Shown: in pieces, positions 22,476-34,590 of the stretch
Layout of the letters: every line of letters begins with the position of its first letter
Numbering within the stretch: the stretch's first letter is position 1
Assembly (NCBI GenBank): GCA_032718475.1
Contig: JAUCBJ010000807.1
Span: 1,703 to 65,702, forward strand
Length of the DNA stretch: 64,000 nucleotides
Direction: 5' to 3'
DNA from: Nemertoderma westbladi
Lineage: Eukaryota > Animalia > Xenacoelomorpha
Notes under the pieces: generated by a model
The model's input: only the letters and a program-made list of their open reading frames with translations
Databases searched by the model: none
Told to the model about the DNA's origin: nothing
Made by a program: the position numbers and the translations under genes

Positions 22476-25300
22476 TTAGGATGGATAGGATATCTGGCAT
22501 TGGGAAGGAGTTGGAACATTGTCGGTAGGCCCCACTGAGACTTGCAGTATGATAATCGTTGTCCTGTTTGCTACTGTTAATGAAAAGTGATAATCTAAGG
22601 AACGCACATATGGATTCACATTATCCTTCAAATTCCGGAATAAACAGACGAATTCGACATAATCGAAGGCACCAGTCGCAGTCACATCCAACTGATATAG
22701 AAACACTGTGTTACCAGACCGACGCTTAGACTCCAAGAATTCTAACAAAGCACTTATAACCAAATCTGAGCCTATCTTCTTCTGATACGCAAATTGAGCG
22801 TTAGGAATCAAATCTTGTATCGGCAAAAATTCCAGAAGGACAATAGATTCAAATATTTTTCCGAACAGACTCACTGTGGCAATTTGTCTGAAAGATTTAT
22901 GATGTCACGTCCCTTTCCCTTATACAAACTTGTGAATATTGTTTCACCAAAAAACTAAGGTATATATATGTCCAGTTCTTAAACACACATTTATAATGTC
23001 TGCAAGAATTCTGCAAATAAAGTTAACGTCCAGGCTAAGCACATGTTCAATAACAAGGCCCATTGTATCTGGAGATTTGCCGGTGGATATAACCAAAATT
23101 GCTCGCTGTAGTGTTGTAGCAGAGACAGTAGGTACCACCGCGTCTGGGCAGCTATTCTGCAAGTCCGATTTCAGTTCATTGATGGAAGTGTAGAACTCTT
23201 TACCTGGAAAATTTCTCTCTTCTAGTGCGGACCTTATCTTTTCCTGGGCATTTGTTGGTATTGTTCCACTCGTAATTTTATTAGAAGCAATGCTCTGCCA
23301 GAATTTGCTCGGATTTGAGGTCATTGTGGCTGCAACCTTCCTGGCATTGACTGAAACTAGATTTCTAGCAAGGAAATTTTTGAGACGCCGAACTGATTTT
23401 TTGGACTCCTGATACGCTTTACCATAATTGCTATCCATACATTAGCCATCATGACACCACAGGTTATATAGATCCTTTGTAGTTTTTGCCATTATATGTA
23501 ACTTTGAAGATCTAATCCTTATGTTATTTGTCTTGCGTTTGTGTTTAATGGATGGCAGAAGTTTAGAAGCCGACTGACAAATTATCTGTTGGACCGATTT
23601 GGCTACTTATCTACTTCAGTATTTTTCCACCGAGATGGATGCAAGTTGATGGAGGTGTACAATTCTTTAATCTCATGCTCTACTTTTAGCCGATAGTTCA
23701 GTTGATGTTGTGTTGTTACCCGTTTCCAGTCAACCCTAATTGGGCTAGGCATAGTTTTACTGCAATGAATTTCCTCTTTACATTAAATAATTTCTCACGA
23801 TCAATCCAAAACAAAACAGGAACATGATCCGAGAAAATTCCAGGTTCACATTCTAGGATGGATCCCCACGTAGTAAAACCCATGACCATTTTAGAAGAAA
23901 TAATATGGTCTATGTATGAAGACCCATAGCCCTTAAAAGTGACAACTGGCCCAGTAAACATATCGTACGTATCCATCACAAGAAGCTCCTTGTTACTCAG
24001 GAATTCATTCAGACGACGTCCATGCCATGATGGTTTTTGTTTATTACACCTGGCCCCCTGCAACGATCCGATAACAGAATTGAGATCTCCTAAGATTATC
24101 GGCAGAGCGTAGTCCACTGAATCCAATACATTATTGAGCCTTCCCAAGAATATCTCAAATTTCTCTGTGGGTTTGGATGAGTCTGGTGCATAACATCATA
24201 ATATCATTATCGGTGTTGACGTTGAGGTTGACTGATCAGGTGTAGGGTAAGCTAATATTCCTACAATGTCATCGCCGCTAGAGATAGTACTTGTCTTTGA
24301 GAAAATCCCTTTGCGATGCCATAAGCAAACTCCTCCAGCTCCATGTGTACGAGTTGGATTCTTCATCTGTTCACTGATAAAATAATTGCATTCAAAATCA
24401 TTGTTTAGGCCCGGTAATAGTAAATTCGCTTCAGTTTCATCCAACCAGTGCTCTTGCACTGCTAGAACATCCAAATTATTTAACAAATCTACAATATAAT
24501 CTGAGTTTGAGTTATAACCATGACAGTTAATAGTTCCAAAGCGCACTGCATTTGAATTAGTGCATTGAGCTGAATGCTGGGCGGAGTCACTAAACTCGGT
24601 ACTGAAATTCTTTGGCCCCACTTGGACCTACTTTGTTCTCACTGGCTAAGGTTAATCCACCATTTCCAATCCCTTGTGGCCTATGGGGACTGGATCGTTG
24701 ATAGTTTATATGCTCGTGATGCCCTGGAGTTTGAGCTCTGTAACTACCGGATCCCTGCCATATATTACTCGGCTGTTTCCATGTGTACATACTTCTCTTA
24801 TGCTCGGATAATCTTCCACGATTATAAACCATACCAACCCTTGGAATTGCAGGCTGTTGATTCACTCGCCATTCGCGACATGAAATACCACATGGCCAGA
24901 AACTTGAACTGCAAACTCGCTCAAGGTTGTGTAAATCAATAACAATTCTCATGGATTTGTAAAGGTACCCTTGGCAAATTACTTGAATATTGTGAATCAT
25001 AATACCCCTACCAGAGAGGTATGATTGGACATCATCTTGATTAGTGCTGCAAGCTATCCGAGTCACGAATAAGTAGGCATAGTATAGTGAAACTGAGCCT
25101 ATATGACTACTATTATTAAGTTCACCAGTTGGTCGATTACCATATATATTCTTCTGTTCAGTACTTCGATTATTCTCAGCACTTTGTGGTCGATTACCGT
25201 ACTCATTATTCTGTTGATTGTGTTGCTTATGCTCCAAACTTTCTTGGCCAGAGGGTTGGTATCTAGAAGTAGGATTCCTCCTTTGATCCCCTCCTAGTTT
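22476..25300 (-). mobile_element. Decayed RTE-X-like LINE: ORF1 C-terminus, APE endonuclease and start of RT
   Basis: ORF1 LFVTRI...SSFWPCGISCREW; APE TINCHG, LAVQEHWL, GDLNS, SYIDHI, SDHVPV; RT KSPDTMGL, QFAYQKK, AFDYV; many disablements. Confidence 0.8.
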
Positions 25301-25317
25301 ATCCCTTAACTATTATA

Positions 25318-25722
25318 CGAGGGACACGCGTGGGCAGTGGGGATCAAACTATTACACTAGGGACGAGCGTGGGCAGTAGGGATCAAACTATTACACGAGG
25401 GACGCGAGTGGGCAGTGGGGATAAAACTATTACACGAGGGACGCGCGTGGGCAGTGGGGATCAAACTATTACACAGGGGACGCGCGTGGGCAGTGGGGAT
25501 AAAACTATTACACGAGGGATGCGTGTGGGCAGTGGGGATCAAACTATTACACAGGGGACGCGCGTGGGCAGTGGGGATCAAACTTGTACGGAGGGCGCGT
25601 GTGGGCAATGGGGATCAAACTATTACACGAGGGACGCGCGTGGGCAGTGGGGATCAAATTATTGCACGAGGGACTCGCGTGGGCAGAAGGGATCAAACTA
25701 TTACACGAGGAATACGCGTGGC
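25318..25722. repeat. 39-bp tandem array (~10 units)
   Basis: (gggcagtggggatcaaactattacacgagggacgcgcgt)n, with no unique spacers. Confidence 0.95.
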
Positions 25723-25768
25723 ACTCAAAGGGCCCTATGTCCTTTGATGTTGCAATACGTACACTGAG

Positions 25769-27200
25769 CTACGAAGCGACAGCAGGTGTAGAAAGTGTGT
25801 GACTGTGTTTGAGTTGTACGTGTGCGTCCAGTATCATAGCGCGCTGTAACTCATGGTGTTGCGGTATGATGATAGGATACCTAAAGTCTAGTGCAAAGTC
25901 AATGTTTTGGAGTCTGGACTTGTGACAAAGCAAGCCCTTGTAAATTATTGGACTCCAACTCAAGATCGGTGAAAACTTGATCTGTTTACCCTGATTGATT
26001 GCTGTGAACTCTCGTGGGAAATATCGCAATTGATAATGTTTAATAATATCAACTTCACAATTACCAATTTCATCCAAATTAAGTCTTCTTGGAAAGTCGC
26101 GTTTGCCTCTGGCATATTGTCTCAAACGTTTGAGCCATGCTAACTTGCGGCACGCGTCCGTCCATGATGTAGTTAGGTTAACTATCCTGTCAACGTAAGT
26201 GTTGGTGACATGGGCATCCTACAAAATCCGCAAGCAACTGTTGTCGTGGCTGTTTGGTGCCTATTGGCGTCAGAACCTTGGAAGTGTCCGTTGGGGTGGC
26301 ATAGATCACGGCTTTCGCGTTCGTTGGAAGTTGTTTGGTCCAAATCGGCGTAACTATAGCTATTCCTTCTGCCGCTATGTGGTGGTCTATATAGTTAGAC
26401 CTTGTCTCAACCACGGCCTCTCGCGAAATCAACTGGTAAATGTGGGTGAGTTTCAGTAGCCTGCCAGCCTCTTCACGCTGGTACTCTATCCATCGCCATT
26501 CTCAGCATAACCAATGATGAGTCTGCCAATGATCCTAATTAGAACTGTCGGCACATTGGCGTACTCGAGTTGACCGATGGACCGTAAAGTCCCTATAGCG
26601 TTTTTGATCTCATCCGCGAGTCGTAGAAGATCGATCAGTTTCGAAATAAGTCCGCCTCTACAGAGGTCTTCTATAATGCCTATAATGTCTTCTATTAGCC
26701 ATGACCACATTACTGCCGTATATGGAAAATAAATGGTCGTATGCCAACTCAAAGGCGTTCGGAACACCAATGAAGGTCTCTGCTAATCTCTTCGGCTCAC
26801 CGGATAGAACTTGGAGCAAGTAATTAAACTTCTCCGTCGAGGTGAAGGCACACATAGCGATCTAGGACTCTACATAGTTTACCAGTGTACGCCAGTGTTT
26901 CGCGTTGCCAGAGAACTTAGGCGGTTGTTGTGCTGGTAATCCGTGTCTGGCTGCAAACTTAGCAATCTTGTTGACTAAGTCCAACTGTCCGTGTCCCTTT
27001 TCGGTAATAGCGTCCAGTCGTTCCCGTCCACGCATTGTTCATCAGTATGAGATGTTAATGGGATCTTCTCCTCGATGGTTCGGAGTTTGTCTGGCCTCCG
27101 GTTCTCTATATGGTGGTCGATGTGGTCTAGGTCATTCCAATTCCATGCTGGTCCGTGATCTATCCGATGATGGGGCTTCGAGCTGCTCTTCGATCTTGAC
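25769..27200 (-). pseudogene. Heavily deleted BEL/Pao remnant (gag core joined to the pre-integrase region)
   Basis: Gag PPKFSGNAKHW...EKFNYLLQVLSGEP; pol RLQNIDFALDFRYPIIIPQHHELQRAMILDAHVQLKH. Confidence 0.75.
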
Positions 27201-30200
27201 GCAGGAGATCCCTTGTCGCAGGAGACCCCTTGTCGCAGGAAATCCCTTGTCGCAGGAAATCCCTTGTCGCAGGAGATTCTCTTGCTGCAGGAGATCCTTG
27301 TCGCAGGAGATCTCCTTGTTGCAGGAGATCCTTGTTTCAGAAGATCCCTTGTCGCAGGAGATCTCCTTGTCGCAGGAGATTCCTTGACGCAGGAGATTCC
27401 TTTGTCGCAGGAGATCCCTTGTCGCAGGAGATTCCTTGTCGCAGGAGATTATCTTGCTGAAGGAGATCCTTGTTGCATGAGATCCCTTGTTGCAGGAGAT
27501 CTCTTGACGTAGGAGATCTCCTTGTCGCAGTAGATCCCCTTGTTGCAGTAGATCTCCTTGCTTCAGGAGATCTACTGCAACAAGGGGATCTACTGCGACA
27601 AGGAGATCTCCTGCGTCAAGAGATCTCCTGCGACAAGGGATCTCATGCAACATGGATCTCCTTCAGCACATAATCTCCTGCGACAAGGGATCTCCTGCAA
27701 CAAGGGAATCCCCTACGCCAAGGGAATCTCCTGCGACAAGGGATCTCATGCAACAAGGATCTTCTTCAGCAAGAGAATCTCCTGCGACAAGGGATCTGCT
27801 ACGACAAGGGAATTTCCTGTTCCTGCGTCAAGAGATCTCCTGCGACAAGGGAATCTCCTGCGTCAAGAGATCTCCTGCGACAAGGGATCTCCTGCGACAA
27901 GGAGATCTACTGCGACAAGGAGATCTCCTGCGACAAGGAGATCTCCTGCGACAAGGAGATCTCCTGCGACAAGGAGATCTCCTGCGACAAGGGATCTTCT
28001 GCAACAAGGATCTCCTGCAACAAGCAGATCTACTGCGACAAGGGATCTCCTGCGTCAATGAGATATCCTGCAACAAGGAGATCTCCTGCGACAAGGGAAT
28101 CTCCTGCATCAAGGGATCTCCTGCGACAAGTAGATCTCCTGCGTCAATGAGATATCCTGCAACAAGGAGATCTCCTGTAACAAGGAGATCTCCTGCGATA
28201 AGGGAATCTCCTGCGTCAAGGGATCTCCTGCAACAAGGAGATCTCCTGCGACAAGGAGATCTACTGCGACAAGGGATCTTCTGCAACAAGGATATCCTGC
28301 AACAAGGATATCTCCTGCGATAAAGAGATCTACTGCGATAAGGGTATCTACTGCGACAAGGAGATCTCCTGCGACAAGAGATTTCCTGTGTCAAGGGGAT
28401 CTCTTGCGACAAGGGTTCTCCTGCGACAAGGATATCTACGGCGACAAGGGATCTCATGCGACAAGGAGATCTCCTGCGACAAGGGAATCTCCTACGACAA
28501 GGGAATCTCCTGCGACAAGGGATCACATGCAACTCAAGGAGATCTCCTGCGACAAGGGTTCTCATGCAACAAGTATATCCTGCAGCCACGGGATCTCCTG
28601 CGACAAAGAGTTCTACTGCGACAAGGGGATCTCCTGCGACAAAGAGATCTCCTGCGACAAGGGATCTCATGCAACAAGGATCTCCTGCAGCAAGAGAATC
28701 TTCGGAGACAAGGGATCTCCTGCGACAAGGGGTCTCCTGCGACAAGGGATCTCCTGCGTCAAGAGATCTCCTACGACAAGGGATCTCATGCAACAAGGAT
28801 CTCCTGCAGCAAGAGAATCGCCTGCGACAAGGAGATCTCCTGCGACAAGGGATCTCCTGCGATAAGGAGATCTTCTGCGACAAGGGAATCTCCTACGACA
28901 AGAGAATCTTCTGCGATAAGGAGATCTCCTGCAACAAGGAGATCTCCTGCGACAAGGAGATCTACTGCGACAAGGAGATATCCTGCAACAAGGAGATCTC
29001 CTGCAGCAAGGAGATCTCCTGCAACAAGGAGATCTACTGCGACAAGGGATCTTCTGCAACAAGGATCTCCTGCAACAAGGAGATCTACTGCGACAAGGAG
29101 ATCTCCTGCGACAAGGAGATCTCCTGCGACAAAGAGATCTCCTGCGACAAGGGATCTTCTGCAACAAGGATCTCCTGCAACAAGGAGATCTACTGCGACA
29201 AGGGATCTCCTGTGACAAGGGAATCTCCTGCGTCAAGGGATCTCCTGCGACAAGGAGATCTCCTGCGACAAGTAGATCTCCTGCGTCAAGAAGATCTACT
29301 GCGATAAGGGAATTTCCTGCGTTAAGGGATCTCATGCAACAAGGAGATCTCCTGCGACAAGGAGAACTCCTGCGACATGGAGATCTCCTGCGACAAGGGA
29401 TCTCATGCAACAAGGATCTCCTGCTGCAAGGGGATCTCCTGCGACAAGGAGTTCTACTGCGACAAGGGATTCTACTGCGACAAGGAGATCTCCTGCGACA
29501 AGGGATCTCATGCATCAAGGATCTCCTGCAGCAAGAGAATCTTCTGCGACATGGGATCTCCTGCGACAAGGGGTTCTCCTGCGACACGGAGATCTACGGC
29601 GACAAGGAGATCTCCTGTGACAAGGGGATCTCCTGCATCTTCTGCTCTAAGAGCATCTCCTGCGACAAGGGGTTCTCCTGAGACAAGGAGATCTACGGCG
29701 ACAAGGAGATTTCCTGTGACAAGCGGATCTCCTGCGTCTTCTGCTCCAAGAGGATCTCCTGCAACAAGGGATCTCCTGCAACAAGGGATCTCCTGCAACA
29801 AGGGAATCTCCTGCGTCAAGGGATCTCATGCAACAAGGAGATCTCCTGCGACAAGGAGATCTCATGCGACATAGAGATCTCCTGCGACAAGGAATCTCAT
29901 GCAACAAGGATCTCCTGCAGCAAGATAATCACCTGCGACAAGGGATCTCCTACAACAGGGGAATCTTCTGCGTCAAGGGATCTCATGCAACAAGGAGATC
30001 TCCTGCGACAAGGAGATCTCGTATGCCTCAAAGAGATCTCCTGCGACAAGGGATCTCATGCAACAAGTATATCCTGCAGCCACGGGATTTCCTGCGACAA
30101 GGAGTTCTACTGCGACAAGGGGATCTCCTGCGACAAAGAGATCTCCTGCGACAAGGGATCTCATGCAACAAGGATCTCCTGCAGCAAGAGAATCTTCGGC

Positions 30201-30637
30201 GACAAGGGATCTCCTGCGACAAGGGGTTCTCCTGCCACAAGGAAATCTACGGCGACAAGGAGATCTCCTGTGACAAGGGGATCTCCTGCTTCTTCTGCTC
30301 CAAGAGCATCTCCTGCGACAAGGAGATCTACGTCGACAAGGGAATCTTCTGCGTCAAGGGATCTCTTGCGACAAGGGATCTCATGCAACAAGGATCTCCT
30401 GCAGCAAGAGAATCTCCTGCAACAAGGGATCTCCTTTGACAATGGAATCTCATGCGACAAGGGATCTCATGCAACAAGGATCTCCTGCAGCAAGAGAAAC
30501 GCCTGCGACAAGGAGATCTCCTGCGACAAGGGATCTCCTGCGATAAGGAGATCTTCTGCGACAAGGGAATCTCCTACGACAAGGGAATCTCCTGCGTCAA
30601 GGGAATCTCCTACGACAAGAGAATCTCCTGCGACAAG
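27197..30637. repeat. ~18-bp satellite (caaggagatctcctgcga)n with an orientation switch at 27559-27564
   Basis: Units carry the 12-bp palindrome aggagatctcct. Orientation is reverse in 27197-27558 and forward in 27565-30637. Confidence 0.97.
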
Positions 30638-30787
30638 GATAGAGTAGGCCTACTATCCAACACATAAACGGACTCCCAGCATTAATTTAATCAATAAAAT
30701 GGCATCTAACTGAATAGAGTAGGCCTACTATCCAACATATAAACGGACTCCCAGCATTAATTTAATCAATAAAATGGCATCTAACTG
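30638..30787. repeat. 75-bp tandem duplication
   Basis: atagagtaggcctactatccaaca...aaatggcatctaactg occurs twice. Confidence 0.9.
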
Positions 30788-31544
30788 GTTACTCACTATG
30801 TGTTTGCAGTGCACTATAATTAACATATACATCGCTAATACAGAGTCATCAGAGGGTAGTGATGGTGAACAATTTATGTGTGCTTCTGGCATCATCGACG
30901 ATGGCGCTTTTGATTTCCATGTTTCATTCATTCCAATAGCATCTTTATGCGATGGTAAGAACGACTGCGATGATGGAGGTGATGAGTCTTGGGAAATTTG
31001 TCCATGTCCGGAAGATATGTTTCGGTGCGTCAATGGATCCAACGGATATTACCATTCTTGTATACCAGGGAGTTGGAGGTGTGATGGTTTGGATCATTGC
31101 TCGGATGGTACAGACGAATCCGGATGTGATGAAGGACCTCCCACTGCTTCATACAACGAAACATGTTCTGAGGACCAATTTCTGTGTAGCGGTGGATCAC
31201 CGGGACCGTTTGGAAATTGTATCCTGAGATCCTTTCAATGCGATGGTTTCAATGATTGTTTCGATGGTGCAGACGAATCCGGGTGTGATGCTGATGAAGG
31301 ATCCTCCACTGCTTTAAACAATCAAACATGTTCTGAGGATGAGTTAATATGTAGCAGTTATGGTTTACCCCCATATGGTAATTGTGTTGAAGATGAAGTC
31401 CATCAATGCCATACATGTCATGATGATATGTTCATGTGCCAAAAGGGATCCGACTTCACATCTATTAATCCCTGCATTTATGTTAGTTGGATATGTGATG
31501 GTTATAATGACTGTTCTGATGGAGAAGATGAAATATTTTGCTGA
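30774..31544 (+). CDS. LDL-receptor class A repeat protein, probably a terminal exon (acceptor at 30809 or 30843)
   Basis: Four CDGxxDCxDGxDE-type modules plus one truncated module; no transmembrane segment; stop followed by AATAAA at 31651. Confidence 0.85.
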   Translation: MASNWLLTMCLQCTIINIYIANTESSEGSDGEQFMCASGIIDDGAFDFHVSFIPIASLCDGKNDCDDGGDESWEICPCPEDMFRCVNGSNGYYHSCIPGSWRCDGLDHCSDGTDESGCDEGPPTASYNETCSEDQFLCSGGSPGPFGNCILRSFQCDGFNDCFDGADESGCDADEGSSTALNNQTCSEDELICSSYGLPPYGNCVEDEVHQCHTCHDDMFMCQKGSDFTSINPCIYVSWICDGYNDCSDGEDEIFC

Positions 31545-31845
31545 AATATGGTTTTGGTTCATATTTACTGTGGCTGTCCTATACGGATGTGGTGAGGGGA
31601 TTGTGCTAACTGTTTCCTATAATAAGAATCCATAAGAAGTCAAAAGTTTTAATAAAGAAAATATAAGTAAATAATAACAAAGATACACACCCAGGCGTGG
31701 TAAATTTGAAATGCAACCAGTAAAAACACAAGTGTATAATATTTAAGTAATAAGAGTTAATGATCAGTTGGCCTAGTTATCTAGAAGATGTTTTAGGCAA
31801 ATAGGGAGTAAATATGGTACATAAGTTGCTTAATTGGTGCTAAGA

Positions 31846-33041
31846 TTTAGTGTTCGCGCTTTTAGACCTTTAGCAGTTTAACCTGCCAATTTTAGGTGTC
31901 TTCTAGTTTATAAATCGACTTTAGCCTATAACAAGTATTTGATACACATAAAGTTACATTAGCCGAAGCCAGCCTAAGCGCGACCATTCACCCACGGTTA
32001 AGGGAGACTGGATTCGTATGCTCTGACCTTATTGCGATGTAGACTTACTGTACTATTCGATTGCTCGTTACTATAATATCTCTGACAAATATTATTCACT
32101 TTCGGGAAATATTAACAGTTCCTTTAGGACGTGGCGCTCTAAGTATGTAAACAGAGTTATGACTTACACTAAACACAACGGGATGGCTATTGATTTTCGT
32201 ATAAAGCGCATTCTTTAGGAAATGCTTTGTTATCTGTCACACTCATGCACACTACCGCACACTGCTGCACACTGATCTGCCGACCTTCACTAATTTTAAT
32301 CATATATAAGGAGAACAGCAACTGACACATGTAGGGTCTATGAAATAGCATTCAATTCACTCCAAAACCACTATAATGTAAGTCGCAATTGCTATATGTA
32401 ACGGGTCCCTCTTACCTTCAGTATATCAAGAAGATTGGGGTTTTATGATTATTTATCGATATTCTCCAAATATAACAACATATTCATCAACTGATAACAA
32501 TTAATAACCGACAGTAAATAGCAGTAAAATAATGCGGTGAAAGATTGAGTTGATTTGTTTGCTTGAGTTTGCGTGACTCGTTTGGTTTGAGATAACAGTT
32601 ATACGTTCCTATAATCAAAGCCTACAAAAGTTTTGCTAAAGTCTGAAACACAGAATAATTCCAAAGCCGATGTTCCAGGGCTCAGGAAAAGGTAAACAAA
32701 GACCGTAATGCATTGCGCGATCTTCCGTAGGCTTCTGTACAAGTTAAAATGAAAATCGCTCTGATTGGTCGAGCGAGCCGAACAAAGAAAGCCAAAAAGC
32801 TCCACATCGACATATCAGCTGGTAGATGTCGTCATCTGAACTACACTGTATTAAGAGTATTTTGACGCATTGCGGCATAAAATGGCTTGTTATGTCCGCT
32901 AAAGTACACATACAGAATAATGGCTTTTTATGTCCGCTAAAACACCTACACAGTAAGAAAAATGGCTTTTTATGTCCACTAAAATATCTACACAGTACTT
33001 TGCGGGGAAAATGACTAGCTATATCCGCAAAGGCTTTTACA
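31846..33041 (-). repeat. 3' LTR of element 1 (distal end uncertain)
   Basis: Starts TGTA after purine-rich gggagcgg; matches 47197-47915 and is a diverged inverse of ~59389-60622. Confidence 0.8.
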
Positions 33042-33119
33042 CCGCTCCCAGAAAATGGGATTTAATTCTATAAAATATAAAAAATCACAGTTTCTAAATA
33101 TAAAAAATACTCTAAACAG

Positions 33120-34590
33120 TTAGTCTTTCTTGCGCGGACGGCGTTTACGCAGTTTTTTGAGGCTAGTAAGATTCCTTTTCTCTTTGGGGCGAGCCACTTT
33201 ACTAGGAGGGCTATAACTCCTGGGTGAAGGGTGCAATACAATTGCATCGGAAGGTTTAGAATTACGGTCGGTGTATCCGCCGGTCAAGGTACCCGGTTGA
33301 TCGGTATCAACCTCAGTGGAACGAGGTCGAACAACCTTGAGAGCGCATTTTAAGACAGCAGCTCTTACTGGTCCCTGACGGGTCGTTTGCACGAAAGCGG
33401 TAGGTGGACCGTGTGTAGTGAGAAATTTCCTCGGTTTCATGATTCTTTTCAACTCGCATTCTCGGGCTCTATCGGAATCGATATGCTTCTCCTCGAGCTG
33501 ATTTTCCTCCGCTTGTCGTTGGAAGCATTCGTCTAAAACTCTTTTAGAGAGTAGGGTCGCCCAAGTTCGATATCTTCTTAGAGATTCTGGATTTCCTGAT
33601 CGAACTGAGATAAAGCTAATTCGTTTACCGCTTGGACTTGCTGCTGAAATTTACGTTTCTCTAAACAAATGTAGGTTCCTTTTCTGATCTTTTGACGAAT
33701 AGTGTCCAACGCGTTTCGTACAACTCTCTCCTCCTCCTCGGTGACAGGTTGTATCGGGTTAAACCGGGACGATGATACGGTTGAATGGCGATATTAGATG
33801 TCCGCGTCCCAATCCGGCTAGGTAAGATGGGCGAATATCTAGGGAGCCCACAACCGGAGTGCCACCGACTAACTGTTCGGGTAACACTAGATCTTTGAAC
33901 AGTGAGTACAGTTCGGGAGGATCCGTGATACTATTAGGATCAAGAGTCTGAGGTCTAACTAGGGAATGAGGAGGTCTGACCGAGTATTCCGGAACTCTGA
34001 TCATAGGTTTATTTAAGGATCATTTGAGTCGAGCGAGCGTAGGTGATACATCGAACAAGTTTCGCTCGAAACTCCCATAAATATAGCGAGTAAAACCGTG
34101 TTTAGAGCAACGTCTCCGCGGATGTTTATGTCTTTCCGTTTGTTGGTTGGGTCTTGGGCATTCATCGCAATAATACCAAAGACGCACGTCTTGTAGGGGA
34201 AACGCGGGTGATATTTATTCGGTTTTACAATGTTTCTCTCAAGAATTCCAAATATACGTTGGAATTACAGCGTTTATCCGGTTCTTTAACGTCTTCTCTT
34301 TCGAGTCGATTTCGAATAGAATTTTCGCATTCGATTTTCAGTTTATCGTTCCGACTCCGCATATTTAAATAGTACCATTTTCCTTTCGGTGTCGACATCG
34401 TCCGTATCGTGTAAATCGATAGGATGACCAGTAGTTAAGAAGTCCATATGCATAACATTACGATGCGTATAGCGAGTAGTGAATTTTCGATAGTCCAATT
34501 CACGAGTGAGTTGCTCCTGGGACATTGGCGGTTCGATATAACGACCATCGTCCTCCGTAGCAGTTGGACTAGCGTCGCCGCGTATTAAGC
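33120..34590 (-). pseudogene. Disrupted accessory ORF of unknown function in the env position of element 1
   Basis: Co-oriented fragments 34343-34525, 33759-34004 and 33120-33452; YYCDEC...RCSKH motif near 34100-34180; basic tail KKLRKRRPRKKD. Confidence 0.5.

Noticed and set aside
21167-25300. Two RTE-X-like pieces as one twin-primed insertion
   Set aside because: They are convergent and separated by the PLE-like terminus, which is not the geometry of a 5' inversion.
25318-25722. CRISPR-like regular repeats (also 10027-11373 and 50380-50935)
   Set aside because: Head-to-tail units with no unique spacers, no cas genes, and a eukaryotic context.
27200-30667. Dozens of overlapping Cys/Arg-rich ORFs
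   Set aside because: They are translations of the 18-bp satellite with frequent indels, not genes.
3385-31544. Splicing the signal-peptide exon to the LDLa exon (both can be phase 1)
   Set aside because: They are on opposite strands and divergent. Inversion between the repeat arms would not reorient either exon.
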